The position numbers were made by a program, and so were the translations under genes. A DNA stretch of 64,000 nucleotides from Strigamia acuminata (taxonomy: Eukaryota), in NCBI GenBank assembly GCA_949358305.1, contig OX442314.1, forward strand, positions 23,250,001 through 23,314,000. Reading direction: 5' to 3'. The stretch's first letter is position 1; each line of letters begins with the position of its first letter. Below the pieces are notes generated by a model. That model saw only the letters and a program-made list of their open reading frames with translations, was not told where the DNA came from and searched no databases. Shown here in pieces: positions 1-12,794 of the stretch.

Positions 1-406
1 AAAAGTAGGTCTGTTAACTATCAATGAATTTCAGTGTAAAAAATGATTGGAATGAATGAATGAATGAATGAATTTTATTTAATTGGTAATTTTGCTGTTT
101 GTTTGTTTTTATTCAATCAAAACACGTTAGTATAGTTTATTGGTTTGTTTTGGTAAGTAAACAAAGGTTTGCTTCTTTATTGGTTGTTTTGCCTAGTTAC
201 ATTACAATTCTGGTGTTGTGGGCTACTTTTTTGTGCCACTACACCAGTGATCCGGCTCAACCAATTGGGAAATAGGCCAACGTTGTGTTGGTTTTGAGTA
301 TATTTACCAAATTCCAATAACTCATACAACATTGCTAAGATCATACAGTCACAGAATATACAGAAAGTTCCAAAGGTAAGTGATTGAAAATATCTTGTAC
401 CATATG

Positions 407-562
407 CAGTGTATTCTGTGTAGCTCGGGCATAGTGCCGTCCGATCAGCTGTGTGGTTCCGACCTATATTTAGCAATGTTAAATCTCTTCTCCCACCCTG
501 ACAGCTTAGTTTGGACAACTTTTTGGGATCCGTCCTATGCCCATTCTATACAGAGTTCACTA
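407..562. mobile_element. Degenerate Tc1/mariner-like MITE (same family as 35662-35748)
   Basis: Imperfect terminal inverted repeats (cagtgtattctgtgtagctcgggcatag ... ctatgcccattctatacagagttcact). The internal ggacaacttt.tggga.ccgtcctatg is shared with the copy at 35662-35748. Confidence 0.55.
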
Positions 563-754
563 TGTTACGTAGTATCAGAAGTATGTTTAGGACCATTTCA
601 TGACCAACAGTTTTAGAAGTTCTGGTTTAGGAGATATGATTATGATTTGATTTGAGATTACAAGTGGATGTTTTTATTCGGAAATGTGTGGGAATTAAAT
701 TTATTTTTACACATTTCTTAATTGTTTAAGTAGGTTTAGCATATTGAGATGTAT

Positions 755-2928
755 TTAAGCAAAGGCTACGAATGCAACAATACTCATGATGATTGCGTAG
801 AATATAAAACCAAGTCTGTCTAAAGCGCAGGCAATTAATTGCCAGTCTGATAACACGATTTTTTTGTTGCCTGTGGTTTCATCTTCGTCGTTAAGTAATT
901 CCGAACTTCCAGCTGACTATAAAATTAAGAAACGAAAAGAGACCATTAGACTTTTTTTTTGAATATTTGTAAAATTATTTTCAGATTTTGTGGAAATTTA
1001 TTAAAAATTTGTCAAATTTTATGGAAACTTACGAATTATTTTTCAAAATTTGCACAAATTTTACGAATTTTGTCAAAATATATTGAAAATAACCATCGAA
1101 CAAAAATTTCAGAAATTTATCGAAATTTTTATGTATAAATAATTTATAACGGAGCCCATTGATTAATCATTACAACACTAATAAAACGGGGCGGGTCATC
1201 TAGCGCGAAACAATCTTACCGCAGCACGAATTTACCGCGACTTTGGAAACTGCGACTACATATATTTTAGGTTTAATTCCTAAGAAGGGTTAACAAGGCG
1301 GGGCTGCGCCCCCACTTGACCCCCCGCGCACCTAACCTTGCTGGTTTTTTGATAAAAAACCATTTTTTTGAGCCGGCTTGTTGCGGTACATTGTGTCGCG
1401 CTAGATGTGCGCCCCCAATCAAACCAAATAATTTTTAACAGCACAAACAAAAATTTACCGTTTTATCAGGCAGGCATACAACTGAACCGAGCCAACCCGA
1501 CAAAAGATTAACAAACCAAATCGGTGGTGGAAACCCTGGCGGATTTTTATACATCGATGTAGTGGTTATGGATAGCAAGAACGTTAAGCCAGCTAAGAAA
1601 GTAGCATTTCCACTGAAGATAACTGAAAATAAAAGGTAAAAACAACAAAAAAACATCACTTCAAATTTCATAGAAATCAAAACGTAATTAACCATTTTAC
1701 CTATTCCAGCGACACTACTTCCACTTCGCGGCACGACCCAAAACAAGTGGACGATGAGGATAAACAAAACAGTCACATTAGCCGCAGATGTGAATAACTT
1801 GTGCTCAGCCGTGGGTGAGGTCCAGAAAGTCACAAACGTAACAAGAACAGCAACAATCGTCGGTGTTATCAGAGCTAAATGGTAAAAAGGCATCCTGCGT
1901 TTCAACGTTACGTCAAAAAGAACGCTAGTGAAGTAAATTTTGTCATCGCCAGGATCTGTAGTATAGATGTTTCGAGTCCTATTCGACGAGATCACTTCCC
2001 ATTCGTTGTGCTCGTCGTGTAGAAATCGCTCTGGAGGCTAAACAGAAAATATAATTTTTCTTTGATATTATTTATTTAAAATTCTAAATTATTTACGTAA
2101 AAATGATTGTACACTGTCAGGTTTATTTCACCACCTAAGTCCATCCAAGGTGTAAAGAAAAATTGACATGTGTGTTGATCGAACGGATAGGCTTTGAGAT
2201 CCATGGGGCAGATGCTTTTGAATGTAGCAGGGGGCCACCAATCGACGTTGCCATCGCTATGAATGAATAAGGGGGTTTTAGCAACTGGCAGGATATTCGT
2301 CGATTCGGCACTGCAAAGTTTTATACAATTTTATTGCTAGAAAATGATGTTTTTGTATTTCTTTTCTTACTTGTTAATTAGATAAATGTCTGGTTTCCAA
2401 ATGTCGTGAAAATCGACCGGCAGATATTGTATTCCACCATAATCGTCAGGGTTCCAAACTAAATTCAAGTCCTCCCAGCTCTTGAAAATGACATAATTAA
2501 TTTCAAAACATAAGTACCGGTATGTTAATACTATTTTTTTTTTTGCAAATAGGGTATGGGTGCGTAATTAGAAGATAACGGTAGATTATTAATTTACCTG
2601 CAATAACAAAGCATTGGTTGTAAATATTTCAGTTTTCTCATCCAGGCTGAGTATGTGGGATAGGAGGAATTCTACCGTGACATTTGTGCCCGTTTTGTGG
2701 GGTTGTTTTGGTCGTGTTTGGGTGTCAATTTTGCGATTGGTGAATAATTCTGTTCTCAACTTCTCTTCATTGCTGATTATTCCAGCTTCACCTAAATGGG
2801 ATTTTTTGTAGCTAAAGTAGTTTGTAACTAAAGAGCAATTGCTTGTTTTGTTTGTTACCTGCATTTGAAGTGACAGCAAACAGAGAAATAGTTAAAGCTA
2901 CACAGTGGATTATTAGATGCATCTTCAT
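755..2928 (-). CDS. Divergent nAChR-like Cys-loop channel subunit A (non-alpha, 7 exons)
   Basis: Hand-spliced GT-AG model. Signal peptide MKMHLIIHCVALTISLFAVTSNA, then WEDLNLVWNPDDYGG, WKPDIYLIN and Cys-loop CPMDLKAYPFDQHTC. No vicinal CC. M1-M3 in ORF 1435..1995. Last exon DWQLIACALDRLGFIFY with TAA at 755-757. Confidence 0.9.
1188..1415. mobile_element. MITE-like element in the last intron of gene A
   Basis: TIR ggggcgggtcatctagcgcgaaacaatcttaccgca matches the reverse complement of ttgcggtacattgtgtcgcgctagatgtgcgcccc. The GC-rich core is shared, inverted, with 6557-6670. Confidence 0.7.
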
Positions 2929-3655
2929 GGACTTTTAAAGCACTCCCATTGTCAAAGCGTTTAAGGCAATTGAAAGAACACATCTGCTTTTGACGTGGTG
3001 ATAAGAATGATAGAAGTTTCCTACGGTTGGGTTTTGGTGTGTGTGGTGTGGGGTTTCACAAATGTTTACAAATTTTATGAGAAAAAATGAAATTTTTCAT
3101 TTAAATGAATAAAATTCGCTGCGTTTTTTGTTTTATATTTTTATATTACCGGTACATGTGCTATTATTTATTTATTTGTTTATTTTTTTTAAATAATGAA
3201 ATTGAAAAGTATATTTTATTGCTATATTACATTTACCATTATTTTTATTTATTTATCTATTTTATTTTTAAATATTGAAATTAAAAAGGTTATTTTATTG
3301 ATTTAAAAATTTTATACTACCATAGGTGCATTTATAGTCATGGTTAACTTGTAGTTTAACATGTTTTGTTGTTTAAATGTTGTGCATATGCCTACTGCGA
3401 CTGAACAAGCAGTTTTATAAGAAGTTTGAATATGTTTGAATATGGTGTTTACTCTAGTCAAATTGCTTTATGAATGCACCTACTCAAACTCACTTAAGTC
3501 AATTGAAACTACAAGTTTTACATTTGTTTATTTGTTTATTCTTTTGCAGTTTGATGTACAATTCAAACCAGTGCAAATGGACGGGGACGGAGAACGTACA
3601 GATACTGCCAAAGGTAAGTGAATGAAAAATATCTTATAAGATAGATTAATAAATA

Positions 3656-5897
3656 TTAAGCACATACAAATACCAACAAACAAGTTAAAATGAAACAAAA
3701 AACCACAAAGCAAAAACGATTAATAGCAATCGCCATTAACTTCCATGCGACAGCATTAGTTGACATTTCTGCACCAAACTTTTGGGAGTTTGAATTCATC
3801 TGTAGAAAAAAAAATTGTAGATTTTAATTACCCAGCAACAATATAACTTTACCTCGTGAAAATCAATGCACATTGCAGTCCCCAACCAACCATTCAACAG
3901 ATTTTTAAGCCAAGTAGGTGGGAACATTGATGGCTGATCATTGTAAATGCACGTAGTGGCCACACATATCAAGAAACAAAATGCAGCTAGGAATGTAGAA
4001 ACGCTGTAAAAAATAACTAACCAAAAAAAAAAAAATTAAATTTTAATAATTTTTTTGAAAAGAAAATGAAATATTTCTTGCCAATTGAAGGTACATTGCT
4101 ACCACTTCGAGGAACCACCCATTGACAGTGTATGACGAGCATTGTCATGACGACAAGGTTTATCCCAGACACCAATATTTTATTGTTAGATTCGTGCGGC
4201 AACCAGAAAGTGAGCAACATGATGAGAATTGAGATGGCGTTTGGGGTTAGGAGTGCAAAGTGGTAATATAGTGTTCGGCGTTTCAAACGCACGAAGTAAT
4301 CCACTGATTGGTACGAGACTTCGTCGGAATGGGACCAGGTGGAAATGTTTGCGAAGGAGTTGGTAATTTCCCACTCGTTGTGTTCGTCGTATAATGCACG
4401 CAGATGCTGAAATTGACAGTTTAAAAATAACTTTTATTGTCATGTTCGTGATTTTCTGGGTTGGGTTAGCAGTAAACAAAAAATGAATTTTCTGCCAAAA
4501 AATAATCTTTTCGTTCTAAAAATGAATTTTCTGCCAAAAAATGATCTTTTCGTTCTAAAAATGAATTTTCTGTCCAAAAAATGATCTTTTCGTTCTAAAA
4601 ATGAATTTTCTGTCTAATAAATGATCTTTTCGTTTTCAAAATGAATTTTCTGCCAAAAAATAATCTTTTCGTTCTAAAAATTAAATTTTCTGTCCAAAAA
4701 ATGATCTTTCCGTTCTAAAAATGAATTTTCTGTCCAAAAAATTAATTTTCTGTCCAAAAAATTAATTTTCTGTCCAAAAAATTAATTTTCTGTCCAAAAA
4801 ATTAATTTTCTGTCCAAAAAATTAATTTTCTGTCCAAAAAATTAATTTTCTGTCAAAAAATGAATTTTCTGTCCAAAAAATGAATTTTCTGTCCAAAAAA
4901 TGAATTTTCTGTCTAAAAAATGAATTTTCTGTTTAAAAAATGAATTTTCTGTCCAAAAAATGAATTTTCTGTCCTAAAAATGATCTTTTTGTTCTAAAAA
5001 TGAATTTTCTGTCTAAAAAAATGATCTTTTTATTCTAAAAATGAATTTTTCATGAACCCTGTAGATCTGTCCCTGAAAACAGGACATTTTCCTCAAAACT
5101 TTCTTGTGAGAGGCTTTGATTAAAACTTACAAGCACATCGTCTTCGGTATGTGCAAGAGTCAGGTTAAGTTGATTTCCTGTGTAACTCCAAGACATAAAC
5201 GACAATTGACATAGATGTTCATCAAACGGATAATTAGAAAGATCCAAAGGACAAATAGTGCGAAAATTGCTGATCTCGTACAAAACGACTCGGCCGTCCG
5301 AACTAACTATCTGGAACAAGTTTTTCAGAACGTGTTCGGACGGTTCTGCTCTAAAATTGACCACACAACAACAAATATATAAGAATATGTCATTTCCAAT
5401 ATTTGATTTTAATTCATACGAATTTAAATGAACGATATCCGGTTGCCAAGTTTCTTGAGTAACAATTGTCAAATAATCGCAACCTTTAAAATCGTCAGTG
5501 TTCCACGCTAAGTTTAGATCTTGCCACGCCTTTAAAAAAAGATAATAAAATAAAATAAAAACACAGGAATGAGCAAAATGACAGCGATTTACATTCATCA
5601 GCCAACCGTCGAATGAAAATGTTTCTGTTTGCTCATCCAGGCCTAAAACGTGGAAAGCGAGCAGGAAGACTGTAACGTCTAACGTGTCGTTGACGCTTTG
5701 AACTGGTAGTGTAACGTTATTTAGTTTACGCTTGGTGAATATTTCATCCCGCAGTTTGAGTTGGTCGCAAATAGGCTTACCGTCTGAATCAGCTACGAAA
5801 TGAAAAGTGAGGATGCAAATTGTTGGTTTTAAGTCAACGTCAACATACCTTGTGTGTACCAGCATAAAGAGTATAAAGTTATCAGGTAAATGAACAT
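3656..5897 (-). CDS. Divergent nAChR-like Cys-loop channel subunit B (non-alpha, 7 exons)
   Basis: Signal peptide MFIYLITLYSLCWYTQ, then DGWLMN/AWQDLNLAWN, WQPDIVHLNS, Cys-loop CPLDLSNYPFDEHLC and FMSWSY. No vicinal CC. M1-M2 in ORF 4017..4304. GC donor at 4080-4081. M4 AWKLMAIAINRFCF with TAA at 3656-3658. Confidence 0.88.
4478..5050. repeat. AT-rich minisatellite (19-20 bp unit aaaaatgaattttctgtcc, partly ~39-40 bp higher-order) in intron 4 of gene B
   Basis: Directly visible tandem copies. Confidence 0.9.
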
Positions 5898-6146
5898 TTT
5901 CGTGGGTAGTTTTATAACCATTTGATGGAGCAGATGATATATATAAATGCCCTCCGTCTTACTGCTGTTAGAGTTTTGAAAGTGATGTTAAACACCTGCT
6001 GTGGTAGGAAGTGCCAGGGCAATTAATTAGTTGTACACAATTTTTATTATTGTCCTAATAATACATGGTGTTAGCAATAAACATGTTTTCACGTGAAAAT
6101 ATTTTGTGGATGAGTAATTTCCAGGCTATAATAAGTTGTTTAAATG

Positions 6147-8974
6147 TCAAACAAAAGCAAATATTGAAATACATGTTATAATGATGCAGTACAGAATAAA
6201 AAACAAGCGATCAAGTGCAGTGGCGATTGATTTCCATGCAGCAGCATGTGGTGATATTTCGTTTGTCGTGTTTGCGGGCATGTCAGACTGAAAATAAAGA
6301 ATTTATTATTTCACCAACAAGATAGGTTGAATCTGATGTATAACTGAGTTTGCCTGGATAAGTTCATTATCGCAAGTATTTTTAAAATGAGTGCCATTGC
6401 ACTATACAGCACAACTGTAAACATTAATATAAAACACCTATACGCGCAAAAAGTAATCCGAAACCGGTCATTTTAGCGACGCTCATTTTAGCGATTTGTA
6501 ACAAAAAAGTCCCATTTTAGCGATCATGTCATTTTAGCGACACCTAGGTTTTAGCGACAAGCCGGCTCAAAAAAGTGGTTTTTACCAAAAAAGCAGTAAG
6601 GTTAGGTTCGCGGGGGGTCAAGGGGGGGCGCAGCCCCCCCTTGTTAGCTCTTCTTAGGAATTAAACCTAGGTTTTTGTGTCGCTAAAATGATGTACCTAT
6701 ATCCCCAGAAACGTGGCCAAAAATAAAGCACAATCTAATTTCACAAACACTTTCCAAAAAACCTTTTTGAATGCAACTATATTCACTACAACTATGGCAA
6801 CATTGAAAAATATTAGTCTGTGTACTGAAATACATTACCTGTTGATAGTTTATGCGTAATACAACACCGAGCCAACCTGTCAGCAAATTTTTAATCCATG
6901 TTGGTGGATAAAAAAGTGGTGGGTCTTTGTACATGCATGTTGTGGCGGCAATTATTATAAAAGCAAATCCAGCAAGTAACATAGAATTTCCACAAATAAT
7001 AACTGAAATTAGCAAAGATTTTAATTAATTCTGTTTTTTGGTTGAGTGAATCAATCTTACTGATTGAGGGAACACCGCTGCCATTTTTTGGTACCACCCA
7101 ATGTAAATGGATTAGAAGAACTGTCAAAATGATTAAGTTTACTCCGGATACTGACAGTTTGGTGTTGTCGTGCGGTAGCCAGAATGTCAGCAACAAGACC
7201 AAGATACAAATTGCATTTGGTGTGACGAGTGCCATGTGGTAAAAAAGAGATCTTCGTTTCAAGCGGACAAAAAAATTGACTTCTTGGTAGAAGAATTCTT
7301 CTCCGTAGACAAAATTGCTGACATTTGCAAACGACGAAACAAATTCCCATTGATTGTTCTCATCGAAAATGGTTTCATGGAAATTCTGTAATGCAATGAT
7401 GAAGTTTATTATTATTATTATCTAACAACATGTTCTGATATTAGGGAATCTCACATTTGTGTCTATTCCAACACTCATGTTTAGTTCGTTTCCATTGTGG
7501 TTCCATGAGATGAAAATTATTTGACAAAGGTGCTCATCAAATGGATAATTTGAAAAGTCTAAGGGGCATATAACCTTAAAATTATTTATTTGAAACCAAT
7601 ACACATCTCCAGTTTGCTGGATGCTGATTCTATTATCAACGCTAGAATTTGGAATTAGGTTTGATGCATCTGCCCTGAAATTTGGAATGAATAATTAATT
7701 ACTTATTTTAAAAGATTTGACTTAACAAAATTCGATTGGAGTTATGATACTTGGATATTATGTGCTCCTAGGACAGCTATAAACTATCACCAGTAATGGT
7801 AAAAACAGAAACCACAAACAGAGTACCGTATTACCTCACATTAAGCCGCATGCCGGTAGTGCAAGTTATACCAGCATGCCGATAAAACTTGTTTTTAACG
7901 GCATGCCGGTGTAAGTGAGAATTCAGCCAAAACAAGCTTAAAATCCTTTTTAGATCTCCAAAATGTAAGAAATTGCCTTAAATTTCTATAAATTTACTCA
8001 GATTTTAGTAAAAACCTGCAGAAAATTAGGAAAACTTAAATTTTAGGCCCAAAAACCAACATCCGGGCTCTTTAAAGTAAAAAAAAAACTAAAATCCCGC
8101 TTTTTCAATTATACCGGCATGTTTCATTTTATACCGCCATGCCGGTATAAACCTTTTGTACCCAATATTAAAAACCTGGTAAACCCATGCCCAACGGCAT
8201 GCCGCTTTATGTGAGGTATTACTGTAGGTGCATTCAAAGTTTCTGTTTATATGGTTTTCAGTTGTTTACTTGTTAAACATACAAACGAAACAATAAGCAG
8301 ATGCAAAAACAAAATCATCTCACGTGATTTTCATGGCCACGCTCAATTTTGTTATAAAAATACAAAAACTATGTTAACAGAAACCTTTGATGCACCTAGA
8401 ATAGTATAAATTTATTTATATGTAATAATTGTGGTGCGTTTCAATCAAATTTTGCCAAGCCACTATTTTCTTATTCAAATATTCCGTAGATGGTACCCAT
8501 TTAAAACGTAAATAACTGGTTTCCAAATAGCTTCTTCTGGAACTGTAAGGTAATGACAATCTTTGTAGTCTTCAAGATTCCATTTCAAATTCAAATCACT
8601 CCACATCTTATGTAAAAAAAATGTGCATGAATATTTTTTTAAAGTGATAAGTATATGTTGTTATTTACATTAAGTTGCCAGCCTTGAAATGAAAGAGTTT
8701 CTGTTTGCTCATCAAGATCGATCAGGTGATAAATGGTCAAGTAAAGTTCAAGATCTAGCGTGTCGTTGATTTCCTGGACCGGTCGCGAGATGTTGCTTAT
8801 TTTTCTTTGATTGAATAATAAATCATGTACTTTGTATTCTTCACACGTGTTGGCTGTAAAATGTTTGAAAATTGCTTGGTGTGATAAATCTTTAAAAATT
8901 TGAAACGTTATTTTACCTAAGCTGCTGGAAGATGATAAAGAAACAACAATTGTTACAAAAATATACACATTCAT
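6147..8974 (-). CDS. Divergent nAChR-like Cys-loop channel subunit C (non-alpha, 7 exons)
   Basis: Signal peptide MNVYIFVTIVVSLSSSSSL, then QGWQLN/MWSDLNLKWN, Cys-loop CPLDFSNYPFDEHLC and FISWNH. No vicinal CC. M1-M2 in ORF 6891..7262, M3 in 6683..7015. M4 AWKSIATALDRLFF with TGA at 6147-6149. Confidence 0.9.
6466..6697. mobile_element. MITE-like element in the last intron of gene C
   Basis: Repeated cattttagcga at the left end and gtcgctaaaatg at the right end (inverted). The GC-rich core ggtcaagggggggcgcagcccccccttg is shared with 1188-1415. Confidence 0.65.
7826..8224. mobile_element. TA-flanked MITE (same family as 57828-58138)
   Basis: TIR ccgtattacctcacattaagccgcatgccg / cggcatgccgctttatgtgaggtattactg, with TA on both sides and internal gcatgccgg repeats. 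Confidence 0.75.
8227..8396. mobile_element. Short TA-flanked MITE abutting the previous element
   Basis: TIR ggtgcattcaaagtttctgtt / aacagaaacctttgatgcacc, TA flanks. Confidence 0.7.
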
Positions 8975-10199
8975 GATTTTTTGATGGTAGCTGAGTGCAA
9001 AACGCCTCTCTTAGCTGTATGTTTCATGTAATTTGACATAAGACACCTGCCAGGGATTTTATTACGTATTATTTTTAACTAAAAGATAAGTAAATTATCT
9101 TTGGTAGCGTAAACAATTGTATGAATTGTTGAGAAATGAGAAGTGGTTTTTGAATGTCTTTTCTTTGTCATTCACTAACATTTTCTCTCATCATTTAAAT
9201 TTTACATAAATTCTAATTTCAAGAACTTTTCAGTGTGCTGATTTTGAATGAAAAACTCACACTGGATGCCTGAAATTTTTTTTTAAAAAGTTTTAATTTT
9301 TTTTAGTTTATTTACAAGTAATAAAACCATTGTAGTGTTGGTACTAAATCATCACCAAGTACTGAACATATTAAAATTTAATAAGCCGGCCATCAGAAAT
9401 ACATAGAAGCATATTAGTAACAATGCATATTATCATAGCAACACTGTAATGGTATATAAACCAATAATGTAAACGCATATTAATTGTTACATTCAAAATA
9501 CATTTGTCATCACACTCGCCCTATTTTGAAATGTACTTTTTACACAAATATGTGTCTCCTATTAAATAGAAGATAAACCTACACCTATACATTACGTTGT
9601 AAATACCATGTGCCACATCTTCTCTCAACAATAAAACTTTTCTGTTAAAATATTTGGTTCTGCCATGATATTTTGCCTCTTTAATTAGGCATATAGCAGC
9701 CTGGTTATCTGAGTAAATTGGTATTGGTAATGGTGCCATTTTTTATCTATTAGATTGCTGCTGCAGGGGGCCACATAAATCCATATGTAACATCTCAAAA
9801 GGAAATGAAGCAGTTAAATTTGCAACCTGATAAAATGGTTATCTAACTTCCTTACCCAGTGTACAATGCTCACAGAAAATAGGTTTGCAACGCTTTTTCA
9901 TAGTTAATCCTTCAGCCATATTAAGAGAATACAATTGTGATAAAGTTCTAAAATTAAATGTGCAAATCGCTTATGCCACTGCATTGCTTCCATATCACTG
10001 CATTTCTCTGAAACATTCTCAGGATGTGTCTTAGTAATTTCACTTCCAAATCATCCAGCTTATAAATTGTCAAATAATGTCAGATGAAATAGACCATTCT
10101 TTAACAGACCAGATACTATTGGTACCCCCAATGCAGTAGATATTTCACAACCAGTCTCACGAAATACTACTTTATATCCTAAAACAATAATACGATTAA

Positions 10200-12794
10200 G
10201 GGGCTAGCCTACCCGCCATCTTGCCTGTTTTCTGATGCTATATGGCGGTCTTAATTCGGTCATAACTAAATTACTGATGCATATTTTATATTTTTTTTTT
10301 GTTTTTTAAATACCCATGAATAAACTGAAGGGTTCTATAATTTTATATTTGTGATATTTGTTGAATTTCTTTATGAAACATCAACACCAGAACCTAATTT
10401 CAAAAAAAAAAATTTCATTTTTTTTAAAAATAAAATTAATAGATGCCTAGATAATACACTTTTATAAGATGCATTAATTTTTATTTAAGGAAAAGTTTAA
10501 AATTGTCATTGTAATCTCGAAATTACAAAGTAATTTTTTTACATGTGATTGTGCTGCCACCTATTAGTGAGGCGTACCGATACACTACTTTAGCATGCGT
10601 AGGAATTTGACATAGTCGTGTGAATTTTCAGTCATATGTTTTTACCTTGGATGTCCAAGATTTTACATCAGTTGTTTTTTGATTCAATACTACCATTGTA
10701 ATCATAAAAAATGGCAAAAAATAAAAGTGCAAAAACAAGAATGTGGCCAAGTGCTTGGCGAAAAAGGAGGATTTGTAATCATTTAAAAAAGTTTTATGGT
10801 TTACCAAAAACTAAATGGTAATTTATTTTTATTTATTTACTTTTATTATTTGTGGATAATTTGACACGAATTGGCCCCAAATTTGACACGAATTTGGTTG
10901 GTGCAGTTTTTCTCCCTTTCATGACTCATGCGGTTTTTAGTTTTTAGTTTTTTTTATTCTTTTCTTTGTTTTGGCCCTTGGGGAAAAGGGGCAGGAACTC
11001 ACCTGAGGATTGAGTGGGTCAATTAGACTGACCTATGGTCAGATAATCGGAAAAATGTGTTTGTTTGAGTTTTGAAGTTTGAAAATGGGGAAATAAAAAT
11101 TGGAAAAATTTGTGGGAAATTTTATGTTGAAATTCGAATTTTGTGTGGAATTTTTAGAAAAGATTCGAATTTTGTGTGAAATTTTAGGTCAAAATTCGGA
11201 TTTTATGTGAATGTTTTTGTCAAAATTCGAATTTTATGTGAAAATTTCTGAAAAAATCGAATTTTAAGTGAAAATTTCTGAAAAAATCGAACTTTATGTG
11301 AAGATTTCTGAAAAAGATCAAAATTATTGTTAAAATTTCTGAAAAACAAAACGAATTATATGTGAAAATCGATGTAAAAATCGAATTTAATGTAAAAATT
11401 GATGTAAAAAATCGAATTTTATAAGAAAATTTCTGAAAAAATTCGAATTTTATGTGAATATGCGGCAAATATGCTGTGAATTATTATTGGCAAGTGGTCC
11501 TGTGATTTTGGGAAAGATTTCAACCGATTTTGTTCAAGATTTGTCGTGATTTTGTGCAAGATTTGTTGCAATTTTGGGCAAAATTTGTTGCTATTTTGGG
11601 CAAAATTTGTTGCTATTTTGGGCAAAAATTTGCTTCAATTTTGAGCAAGATTTGGTGCGGTTTTGGAGAACTGCTTGCCCATTATTATTGGCAAGAAGTT
11701 TTACAATTTTGCAAAAGAAATTAGCTGTTTTGCGCAAAACAGACATATTTACTCATTTTGTATATTTTTAAAAAATAAAAATCATGCTTCCTGTTTTGGT
11801 TTTAATTGATTTTTAAGATTTTTTATTTTTATGTCTGTTTTGCCAAAAATTGCACAAAATTTTAAACAAAAATAGCTAATTTCTTTGCTAAAATCGTACA
11901 ACTTCTTGTCAATAATAATGGACAAAAATTTCTCAAAATTGCAGAAAATCTGGCCAAAAATCGCAGAAAATCATGCCCAAAATCACACAAAAATTAGCCC
12001 AAGATCGCACCTAAATTATTCAAATCTAAATTTTTTTATTCAAATCTAAATTTTTTTATCACAACTGAAATTTGAAAATCGAAATTCTGGCCAAAAGTTT
12101 ATTCTGAATAGCATTTATTTACACTTGACCCCTTTTACCAACAACCCCTTTTACCAACAAGAAAGTTGGAACCCCTTTTACGCCCTACTTTCTAGTGTGT
12201 GATAATATTCTAGGTGATTTGGTTTTAGCATCAGCGCCATCTATTGACCAAAACATGTCAAAATAATAAGGTAGGCTACCGTCTTCCCTCGAACATAACG
12301 TCATGACGTTATATTCAAGTTTTTTCGAAAATCGCTGTTTTTGAAAGTTTTAGCGATTTTTCGAATATAACGTCACTTCCAATATAACGTCATGACGTTG
12401 TATTCGAATACAACGTCATGACGTTATATTCGAGTTATATTTGAGAAGCGTTGCGGGGTGCGCTTTTTACAGGAAGCATTGAATTGAAAATGAATTGAAC
12501 ACGAATTGGACACGAATTGGACAAGAATTGGACACGAATTGGACAAGAATTGGACACGAATTGAAAACGTACTGTATATTTTGAACTTGAAATTTCAAAT
12601 CAAATTTTTTTTTTCAAAATTACAATACCAATTTCTAATTTTTCAGAAATTTTACAACAAAATTGTGATTTTTCAGAAGTTGTACTAAAAAAACACAATA
12701 CAACGTCATGACGTTGTGTTCGAATACAACGTCAGGTGTCGTTGTATTCGAACACAACGTCATGACGTTATGTTCGAGGGAAGACGGTAGCCCC
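10200..12794. mobile_element. TTAA-flanked non-autonomous DNA transposon (Kolobok-like GG...CC ends) inserted in the Copia element
   Basis: TTAA at 10196-10199 and 12795-12798. Removing the nested insert restores a long TIR: GGGGCTACCGTCTTCCCTCGAACATAACGTCATGACGTT / AACGTCATGACGTTATGTTCGAGGGAAGACGGTAGCCCC. Confidence 0.75.
10207..12276. mobile_element. TA-duplicating DNA element inserted into the left TIR of the TTAA element; contains ~30-bp tandem repeats (~11110-11460)
   Basis: Ends GCCTACC (10207) and GGTAGGC (12270-12276). TA is duplicated at 10205-10206 and 12277-12278. No recognisable coding capacity. Confidence 0.65.

Noticed and set aside
177..518. 113-aa minus-strand ORF as a ninth channel fragment
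   Set aside because: Its start lies in a MITE, the resemblance to the M3/MX region is vague, and no flanking Cys-loop exons are visible.
3850..3890. Suspected frameshift in gene B exon 6
   Set aside because: Recounting the G run (ttg ggg act) keeps the frame NGWLGTAMCIDFHE up to a phase-0 donor, matching the paralogues.
11220..11771. Several Phe/Lys-rich ORFs on both strands
   Set aside because: They arise from tandem repeats inside the nested DNA element.
12293..12780. Repeated palindrome aacgtcatgacgtt resembling a CRISPR-like array
   Set aside because: Eukaryotic context, irregular spacing, no unique spacers and no cas genes. The copies are subterminal repeats of a TIR element.
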